NCBI RefSeq assembly: GCF_009834535.1
Contig: NC_045697.1
Coordinates: 75,456,001 to 75,520,000 of the forward strand
Length of the DNA: 64,000 nucleotides
Source: Camelus ferus
Taxonomy: Eukaryota
Reading direction: 5' to 3'
A program made the translations under genes and the position numbers. Below the pieces are notes generated by a model. It worked only from the letters and a program-made list of their open reading frames with translations. It was not told the origin of the DNA and ran no database searches. Below, one piece after another: positions 54,819-64,000 of this stretch (positions are counted from its first letter, which is position 1; every line of letters begins with the position of its first letter).

Positions 54819-55876
54819 TGTTAGCAGATGGAGGGACCCCTAAGTTAGGTACCCACCAGAGTGGCTGTGAAAGAATTTGAGCAGCAAAGGCAGAGGGATG
54901 AGATGAACAGCCGCTTTATTGCTGAGAAGGGGAAATGGAAGGAAAGCGCTCCAGCAGGAAGAGGGGAAGAAAAGCGCTTAAGTGAGGATGAAGCGGCTTG
55001 AGAGGGGAGATATCAGCCAAGACAGTCCGTAGAGACAGCTCCAGCCCGAGTCAGGCCATGTGGACTTTTATGGGAGGCTTCTGTCATCATGTCCCCCTTC
55101 CAGGTGTGATGCCAATCAGTCCTTGTATGGACTTTTCCGGTTGTTGTCATGGCAATCGTCAACTGTCATGGCGCTGGTGGGTGTGTCATTTAGCATGCTA
55201 ATAAATTACAATGAATGTATACAATGAACATATAATGAGGCTTAAGGTGTACTGGAGGTCAAATCCTCCACCATTTTTGACTCAGTCGGTTCTAATCAGT
55301 TTTTGTTTCTTCTCTGCAGCTGCCTCTTGAGACTTAGATAAGAGTAATTGATTTCTAGTAGAGGGAGGGACAGGGGTATGATCCTGGGGGTAACAGCCTT
55401 GGTAATGTGAAGGAAAAGCCGGGCTGGTCTAACAAGATAACTCACAAATCTAAGAATGTGAAGGAGAGGCTGGGCTGGGCTAACAAGATAACTCACAAAT
55501 CTAAGTATCGGAATACTGATCTGAGTTCTGCTAGACTAACTTGTAAATCTAGGTTAATTAGTGTTGGTTTGCTGTTCATGTTTTTTTGCTAGCCAGCTGG
55601 GTTTTCAAAGATACATATCTGGCTTTGGAATGTTGGTTTGCTGCCTCCCCGCCTCCACTTTTGTGATGATAATGCTGCTAAAGCTGTTCCATGCCTATTG
55701 GCATAATACCCCAAGCTTGTACTTTACCCTATAAAACCTCATGAGCACGTCTTGGAGGTGCTCAGAGCTTCGGAGCAGAAGTCCCTCTGAGCCCACCAGC
55801 GTAATACATCTGAGTACTCCAACCCTCCGAGTGGTGCTTGTTTCTTGACTCGCCTGTCGTTTCAGTAACAGTAACA
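54819..55876 (-). mobile_element. Middle ERV1 (MER4/MER41-group-like) solo LTR
   Basis: TGTTA...TAACA ends once the inner insert is removed; antisense AATAAA at ~54916; MER4-group motif actgtcatggcgctggtgggtgtgtc. Confidence 0.7.
55406..55870 (+). mobile_element. Inner young ERV1-like solo LTR (465 bp)
   Basis: TG...CA termini; exact 4-bp TSD GTAA (55402-55405, 55871-55874); TATA-like ctataaaa at ~55730; variant polyA signal aataca at ~55803; several CpGs retained. Confidence 0.82.
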
Positions 55877-56702
55877 AGAAGGAAAGTCGCTTTTAACCAG
55901 AATGGCTGCAGTCTGGTGGACCCATCTCCAAAGATACTGTTCAGCCCTGAAAGTTCTAAAGGGAAATGAAGGAGTAATCTCAGTTAATCATTGAGATAGG
56001 TGGTCAGAGTTGTTCCCATCCCACAATGCCTTCAGGCTTGTCCTAATCAACTTCTTGAGCCTGCTCTTCTGTGACTCAGAGAGGCCTGGGAGACTTCAGC
56101 TTTTCTACAAACAAGATGCAGGGGTAGGGGGAGCTCACAGAGTCCTGCCTCCTTTCTAAGCCACTTAAGCATGAATAAAATCCTATGAAACAACAGAGAA
56201 ACTATGAGAGACAGAAAGAGAGAGAGATCATACAAAAGACTAAGGATGTAGACTAGAAGAAAATTACTCAAGTACAGAACATTTCTTATAATTTAATAAG
56301 CCCATAAATTCAACATAATAAAAGCTTAAAGACAAAATGATAATCATTAGAATGGCATATGACATAGAAAGGGAAATTCAATCATAAAGTGTTAAGGGCA
56401 AAAAACAAAATAATTTTAGAATTAATGCACAGATTTCAAAGATGAACCAATTCAATAGGTGTCACTACTGGAAAGCTAATTATTGTCAAAGAAGAAAAAC
56501 TTGAGATAATCACAGAGGCTGCACATGAAAAAGAGAGATAACAGCATTTTGAGAGAAATTAATGAAAGAGAAAAGCAAAGATGATCCAATGAAGGATAAT
56601 TGTTATCCACAAAGTAAAAAGTCCAATAAACGGAATCAAATTTCTTTCTATTTAATGATGTAATAAAAGAAGATTTTCTGGAATAAAGAAAAATTGAACT
56701 TG

Positions 56703-59159
56703 AACAATCCGATCACTAGAAAGGAAACAGAAATAGCAATTAAAAACCTCCCTACAAATAAAAGTCCAGGACCGGACGGCTTCACCGGGGAATTCTACCA
56801 AACATACAAAGAAGAACTCATACCAGTCCTTCTCAAACTCTTCCAGACAATTGAAAAGGAGGGAATACTCCCAAACTCATTCTATGAAGCCACCATCATC
56901 ACCCTGATACCAAAACCAGGCAAAGACACTACAAAAAAAGAGAATTATAGGCCAATATCACTGATGAACATACACGCCAAAATCCTCACCAAAATTTTAG
57001 CAAATAGAATCCAACAACACATAAAAAAGATTATACATCATGACCAAGTGGGGTTCATCCCAGGGACACAAGGCTGGTTCAACATACACAAATCAATCAG
57101 TGTAATACATCACATCAACAAGAGAAAGGACAAAAACCACATGATCATCTCAATCGATGCAGAAAAAGCATTTGATAAAATTCAACACCCTTTTATGATA
57201 AAAACTCTCGCCAAAGTGGGTATAGAGGGAACATATCTCAACATGATAAAAGCTATATATGACAAACCTACAGCCAGCATAGTACTCAACGGGGAAAAAC
57301 TCAAAAGCTTCCCACTAAAATCTGGGACAAGAAAAGGATGCCCACTATCACCACTCCTATTCAACATAGTCCTGGAAGTCCTAGCCACAGCAGTCAGGCA
57401 AGAGAAAGAAATAAAAGGGATCCAAATTGGAAAAGAAGAGGTAAAAGTGTCATTATATGCTGATGACATGTTACTATATATAGAAAACCCTAAAAGGTCC
57501 ACACAAAAGCTACTAGAGCTGATTGAAGAATTCAGCAAGGTAGCAGGTTACAAAATTAACATTCAAAAATCAGTTGCATTTCTTTACACTAATGATAAAT
57601 CAACAGAAGAAGAAAGTAAAGAAACAATCCCCTTTAAAATAGCACCCAAAGTAATAAAATACCTGGGAATAAATCTAACCAAGGAGGTGAAAGAATTATA
57701 CACAGAAAACTATAAACCATTGATGAAGGAAATTAAAGAAGACTTTAAAAAATGGAAAGATATTCCATGCTCTTGGATTGGAAGAGTCAATATTGTTAAA
57801 ATGGTCACACTGCCCAAGGCAATCTACAGATTTAATGCAATCCCTATCCAATTACCCAGGACATATTTCACAGAACTAGAAAAAATCATAATAAAATTCA
57901 TATGGAACCATCAAAGACCTAGAATTGCCAAAGCATTACTGAAGAGAAAGAAAGAGGCTGGAGGAATAACTCTCCCAGACTTCAGACAATACTATAGAGC
58001 TACAGTCATCAAGACAGCATGGTATTGGTACAAAAACAGACATATGGACCAATGGAACAGAATAGAGAGCCCAGAAATGAACCCACAAACTTTTGGTCAA
58101 CTCATCTTTGACAAAGGAGGCAAGAATATACATTGGAATAAAGACAGTCTCTTCAGCAAATGGTGTTGGGAAAACTGGACAGCAGCATGTAAAACAATGA
58201 AGCTAGAACACTCCCTTACACCATATACAAAAATCAACTCAAAATGGATTAAAGACTTAAACATAAGACAAGATACAATAAACCTCCTAGAGGAAAACAT
58301 AGGCAAAACATTATCTGACATACATTTAAAAAATTTTCTCCTAGAAGAAATAAAAGCAAGAATAAACAAATGGGACCTAATGAAACTTACAAGCTTCTGC
58401 ACAGCAAAGGAAACCAGAAATAAAACAAGAAGACAACCTACGGAATGGGAGAAAATTTTTGCAAGTGAAGCCGACAAAGGCTTGATCTCCAGAATATATA
58501 AGCAGCTCATACGACTCAGTAAGAAAAAAATAAACAACCCAATCCAAAAATGGGCAGAAGACCTAAACAAGCAATTCTCCAAGGAAGACATACAAATGAT
58601 CAAAAAGCACATGAAAAAATGCTCAATATCACTAATTATCAGAGAAATGCAAATCAAAACTACAATGAGGTATCACCTCACACCAGTCAGAATGGTCGTC
58701 ATTCAAAAATCCACAAAAGACAAATGCTGGAGAGGCTGTGGAGAAAGGGTAACCCTCCTACACTGCTGGTGGGAATGCAGTTTGGTGCAGCCACTATGGA
58801 AAACAGTGTGGAGATTCCTCAAAAGACTAGGAATAGACTTACCATATGACCCAGGAATCCCACTCCTGGGCTAGTATCCAGAAGGAAATCTACTTCAGGA
58901 TGACTCCTGCACCCCAATGTTCATAGCAGCACTATTTACAATAGCCAAAACATGGAAACAGCCTAAATGTCCATCAACAGGTGACTGGATAAAGAAGAGG
59001 TGGTATATTTATACAATGGAATACTACTCAGCCATAAAAACCGACAACATAATGCCATTTGCAGCATCATGGATGCTCCTGGAGAATGTCATTCTAAGTG
59101 AAGTAAGCCAGAAAGAGAAAGAAAAATACCATATGAGATCGCTCATATGTGGAATCTAA
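56703..59159 (+). pseudogene. L1 ORF2p fragment (Z domain, reverse transcriptase, C-terminal CCHC region); no endonuclease domain
   Basis: [31 protein letters not shown] and [18 protein letters not shown] motifs. A single TAG at 58872-58874; the same frame continues to ...RSLICGI* at 59159. Confidence 0.95.
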
Positions 59160-59481
59160 AAAACAAAAACAAAAACAAACAAACAAACAAAAACAAAGCG
59201 TAAATAAAGGACAGAAATAGACTCACAGACAGAGAACACAGACTTGTGGTTACCAGGGGGGTGGAGGGTGGGAAGGGATAGACTGGGATTTCAAAATTGT
59301 AGAATAGACTACACTGTATAGCACAGGGAAATATACACAAAATGTTATGATAACTCACAGAGAAAAAAATGTGACAATGAGTGTGTATATGTCCATGAAT
59401 AACTGAAAAATTGTGCTGAACACTGGAATTTGACACAACATTGTAAAATGATTATAAATCAATAAAAAATGTTAAAAAAAA
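56703..59481 (+). mobile_element. Young 5'-truncated LINE-1 (~2.8 kb), camelid-like 3' UTR
   Basis: ORF2 3' part, 3' UTR, AATAAA at 59461 and A-tail. Exact 18-bp TSD AAAGAAAAATTGAACTTG at 56685-56702 and 59482-59499. Confidence 0.97.
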
Positions 59482-61769
59482 AAAGAAAAATTGAACTTGC
59501 CATTGGAAAAATAAGTGCAATATATTCCAAAATTACAACACTGATATATACACTAGCTAAGATCCTCTAAGATCCTATTCCTTTAAGAAGGAATAAGGAA
59601 AAAACTCTGCAATCATCCAGGTTTTAAAGCAAGTCATTTACAAGGGAAAAAAATTAGGTTGGTCGTAAGATTTTCCTTAGCAATATTATATACCAGAAGA
59701 TAATAGACAATAGCTACAAAATTCTGAGGGAAAGTGTGATCAATGAATATTGTGCTTAATTTAAATGGCATTCAAGTATAAAGATAATAAATAGGCAATC
59801 ATTTTCAAATGTGAAAGAATTTAAGGAAAATATAATCCATAAGCCTTTCAAAAATCTACTTGACAAATATATCTACTCAAAAGAAAACTCAAAAATAAAG
59901 AACCCAGGAATAACAAAGTCCTGGCAGTAGTTTAAAATATAGAATTAATTTTTAAGATTCTATGAAGAGCATGGTTACTAAAACAAATGGGTATTAAGAG
60001 CTTGTATGATGAAGAAAAACTAAGAAAACTGACTATGAGATCAGTTAACACTCAGCCCTTTTAACAGGGAGTTAGTCACCACTACCTAAAATTTAACCAA
60101 ATGGTTAAAAAAATTTAAAGACATAATGTCTCCTACTTCTTTATATTTTTCCATCATCTATTTTCTTTACCTTGCAGGATATTTTAGGAAAACATCTTTT
60201 GTGCTGAAGCCATAGTTAGATATACATCTGTATCTGTAAAGCTATCTGTCTATATATATGTAAAAATATATTGTGCATATACATCCATAATATGAAGTTT
60301 TGATTCTTTTATATTTCAATTCCACTTGATTTTTTAATGTTTATTTCAAATTTTAATCATAAATAGTATCAATAACATGATCTAATTTTTATAAAAGTAT
60401 CTATATCTTCTGCATCTTTCTTCTTTATATTATGTAAATAAAAAGATGTCTGTAATGATGTTTGCTAAATGTTAATGATGTTTGTTTCTTGGTAGTGGGA
60501 GTGACTGAATTTTTTCAATCTTCTGAATTCTACTTTTTCTGCATTGTTTGGAGTCATAGTACAGATATATATCAATTTTACAAAAATGGTAAAGTGATTT
60601 TTCATTAAAACAGAAAATAATAAAAATGGGAAGCAAATGCAACAAAATGTCAATGATGGTTCATTCTTGCTGGTGGAAAATAAGTGATTATAGATAACAT
60701 TATATTTTTTGTCTTACTTTCCTATAATTTTTTTCAATTTCTAAAATTTAATTTTCATTTTAATTTGGAGGGAAAATGAGTATGAATCACAAAAACTGAT
60801 GTCTACTGATTTTTTTTTTTTTTTTTTGGTCCTCGGCTTGTGTTATAGCTCACACCTCCAGAAAAGTTTTTGTTTTAGAATGCATCCTCCTCTTTGTTAC
60901 CAGATACAAGAGTGGATGCCTTGACTAAGCTTCACCAAGAATTATACCACATCCTGGGGAAAACAAAAACTGTTAAACATTTGACTTACAGCCATACTGC
61001 AGTCTGATTAATATGAGAAAGCAGGATTTTAGCTCCAAATCCTGTTAAAGAGATACCTATGAATGATGCATGCAATGCGGCATATTACAGAGAGGGGAAG
61101 ATGACAGTGGAAATAAGGAGGAGAACACCAGAGAACTGCATAGGACTTTTGTGAAGTAAGGTTAAGTCTGTGATTGCAGTGAAATCATAAGCACCTTTGG
61201 CAAGATGCTAGAAGGGCAGGATTATGTAAAAGAACAATAATAACCACAAGCCCAGCACTAATTGTTCTGCTATTGAAATGCAAACCATGGGCAATAAGTA
61301 AGACTTGGAATGAAAATAAAAACTTGGAGCAATAATGACTAACATCCGGAGAGACAGAGAGAAAGTAATCTGGTAAGAAGCTGCCATTAAACCCCTTCAA
61401 TTCTTTCCTCCCTCCTGCCTCTGCCTCAGTGGTTAGAAGTCTTTCTAGAGAATCTTTGTCTCTAGGAGGTAGAAATGCAAATTCAACCAGACTTGGAGAC
61501 TGTGAATCCAGGATTGAGCAAGTCAGAGATGCCTAAGCAAGTCCTACATGAGGAGACGATAAAAATACCATCACAGTGAGAACCTAAAAAAGCTAGTATA
61601 CAAACAACTAAAAGCAATTCTGTATTGTCAAAAGAATCCAAAATAATACTAACTCTATCCTTGTTTTTAAGTGTTAATTAGTAAGGAACTATGTCCTGAT
61701 AAATCTTCTCTTCCAAGAAACATGCCTTGCGTTGGTGGGCTCATATACACAGAGAGCATTTATTACTAA

Positions 61770-61885
61770 TCCAATTTTATAGAGAAATTACAGAATTCAC
61801 AGACAAACTAAGCAACGTCCTCGAGGCCATGAAGAGTCAGGATTCAAACCTAACCAGCTCTGACTCCAAAGTTCTTTCTACCACC
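61770..61885 (-). mobile_element. MIR fragment
   Basis: ccaattttatagagaaatta...gagtcaggattcaaacct...ctctgactccaaagttctttctacca. Confidence 0.6.
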
Positions 61886-62887
61886 TAACATTAGAAGTCA
61901 GTGATACTTAATAATAAGTACAGAAATTGAGTTTATTTTATAATGTGATAAAGCTGGAAAACCCTGGGGTGGAACCCTAAAGAAGTGCCAAGGGGTTTTT
62001 TTTTATTATAATTAATCTGGACTTAATTCCATTTTAAGGTGTGGTTTTTTAAATGGATGATTCAAAAATAATTAAATTGTGGTTTTGAAAAGTATTTAAT
62101 TTAGCCAAAGCAGAGGCAGATCCTGATGATAAAGGAATGATGTCGATGAAATGAATTTCTGTACTTGAAAATAACCTTAGTGAGATCTAGGCCAATTTTG
62201 ACAAAAGAACTTGAAACACATCTAATGTTTGTTATAATAGAGTTAAGTATCAACACATTCCCTTTAAACTTCTTCCAGATAGTCTATTAAAAAAGACGTA
62301 TTTTCAAAAGAAAAAAGATGCATTGTACAGCCAAGCTATAAACGACCACATATTGGTCAAATCTACCATGGAAATATTAGAAATACTTCCAAAAATCACT
62401 CTTTTCTGTAGTTGTGAAAGCAATTCATCTACAGAAAGAGTGTTTCTAAGGCATCATCATATCCTAAAGAGAATTTTTTTCAATTTTCAATATTTCATAT
62501 TTACAAGCAGTCTAGGTATAGTATCTCAAACTGAGATATCCTTTTTTCTATGCTTTTTAGTTGGGAATGCTTCGTTTGACCACTTAACTGTAATCTTGTC
62601 TCATATCTTTTATATTCTATTCTGCCCACTGAAGCTGAGTCACAAAGAGCTTTCAAAATGTAGTAGAAAGACTACTGGGTACAGAGTTAAAAGAATTTTA
62701 CATCAAACTGAGTAGTAATCAGATCAATAGAGCTGTGTAAGTTCCATGGAATAAGGACCATTTTCTACTCTAATCCCAGTGCCTAAAAGAGTGAATGGGC
62801 ATTAGATCAGTATTTTTTGAAAGTGAAAATAACATGCTTTAACTATACCATAGGATTATTGTGAAGATTAATAAAGGAAGTACTTTT

Positions 62888-63452
62888 TTTTTAAAATTAG
62901 TAAACATAATTTTAGAGCAGTTTTAGGTTCACAGAAAAATTGAGCAGAAAACAGAGTTTTCATGTATTTTCTGTTCCTACACGCACGTCACAACCTTCAC
63001 CACTATGGACATCCCGCACTACAGTGGTATATTTGCTGTAACTGATGAACCTACATTGACATGTCATTATTACCTAAAGCCCATAGTTCAGCGTTTACTT
63101 CTGTGTCATACAGAAATTCTATGGGCTTGGACAAGTGTATAATGACATGTATCCACCTTTGTAGTATCTTATAGAATAGCTTTACTGCCCTAAAAATCTT
63201 TGGTATTCCATCTATTCATCCCATCCTCCTCCCTAACCCCAGCGACCACTAGTCTTTTTATTGTCTCCATAGTTTTATATTTCCTAGGATGTCATATAGT
63301 GGAAATTATACCGTATATAACCTGTTTAGATTGGCTTCTTTCACTTAATAATATGCATTTAAGATTCCTCTATGAATTTTCATGGCTTGATAGCTCATTT
63401 CTTTTTAGTGCTGAATAATATTTCATTGTCTGGATATACCACAGTTTATTTA
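62888..63452 (-). mobile_element. L1MC1/2-like 3' fragment with TSD
   Basis: ttagagcagttttaggttcacagaaaaattgagcagaa...gatgaacctacattgacatgtcatt. TSD GAAGTACTTTT at 62877-62887 and 63453-63463, followed by AA (TTTT/AA site). Confidence 0.88.
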
Positions 63453-64000
63453 GAAGTACTTTTAATCTATAAAACATAACACTGGTTATCATTACAACCA
63501 TTGTGATTGCTGAAGTGACATTTCAACATTAGTCAGCTTGACTGTTCCTCAACTCCTGGTTTTGGGGTCATGGAAACCTACTGATTTCTCATTTTTCATC
63601 AACAAAAGGAGAGTGTAAAAGTATGTTCAAGACATTGGCTGAGGCATATCCAAATATCACACCTATAAAGCAGTCAGTTTGTAACTGTTTCTCCATAGAG
63701 TGCTAATGTGAATTGAACTTGATGTCAAATAGTCATGCATCCTTTCACAGAGAGACTGACTAAGAGAATTTCCAGACAAATAAATGCTCCTTTTTCCTCA
63801 CCCCCAAAGATCAATTCAATATCAAACCCATTAAACCTAGTACTGAAAATTTGAAAAGGGAAAGATGAAGTGTCAATTTATATCTTGTCTGATATGGACC
63901 CAAGCCTAAGACTGAGTATATTCCAAAACAGCACCAAAGCAAGAATTTGAGCCTAGAGGAACAGCAGTGTCCCTATGGTCTTCCAAGCCAAGAATGGCTG

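Larger units (their letters stand above)
54759..56157 (-). mobile_element. Probable outer ERV1-like solo LTR, split by nested LTRs
   Basis: TGTTGAGAGTC start at 54759; LTR-like sequence resumes after 55876 (aaggaaagtcgcttttaaccagaatg...atctcagttaatcattgagatagg...gtcctgcctcctttc). No clean TSD, so the boundaries are inferred. Confidence 0.45.
56250..59920 (+). mobile_element. Ancient L1-ORF1/HAL1-like remnant interrupted by the young L1
   Basis: After the young L1, aagcaagtcatttacaagggaaaaaaattagg (KQVIYKGKK..) and gattttccttagcaatattatataccagaaga resemble the ORF1 C-terminal domain. A-rich ORF1-like sequence lies upstream. Confidence 0.55.

Noticed and set aside
55404..55505. CRISPR-like or other repeat-spacer array
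   Set aside because: Only two adjacent units with no spacers, inside a mammalian LTR. No repeat-spacer array was seen anywhere in the window.
57182..58657. Minus-strand ORFs of 65-186 aa
   Set aside because: Antisense shadows of L1 ORF2.
56694..58874. 726-aa ORF as an active or domesticated reverse transcriptase gene
   Set aside because: It starts at a TTG inside the TSD, lacks promoter and endonuclease, and ends at a premature stop. It is an ordinary truncated L1.

Overview
AT-rich, CpG-poor placental-mammal genomic DNA, intronic or intergenic in character. I recognise no intact host protein-coding gene, tRNA, rRNA or miRNA. The window is dominated by transposable elements: (1) a young 5'-truncated LINE-1 (56703-59481) with a 726-codon open ORF2 segment and a perfect 18-bp TSD, inserted into an old L1-ORF1/HAL1-like remnant; (2) a nearly full-length decayed Tigger2-family DNA transposon (9416-12144) fused to the 3' half of an ERV-L provirus with an MLT2-type LTR; (3) an older L1 with TSD carrying a Tigger2-derived MITE; (4) a nest of probably three ERV1-like solo LTRs (54759-56157); (5) many MLT1, MER20/33/58, L1M, L2 and MIR fossils. 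I saw no Alu, B1/B2, Bov-A/BovB, PRE-1, SINEC or ERE SINEs. From memory the young L1 3' UTR resembles camelid L1, so a cetartiodactyl (probably camelid) source is inferred, not shown. The least ordinary observations are an unidentified 277-bp insert with a ~20-bp TSD that looks like a retroposed cellular RNA fragment (45142-45418), an old ~265-bp direct duplication (51294/52672) and a few exon-like segments in repeat-free DNA. I found no convincing new biological system. Repeat subfamily names are from recalled consensus sequences, and old-repeat boundaries are approximate.
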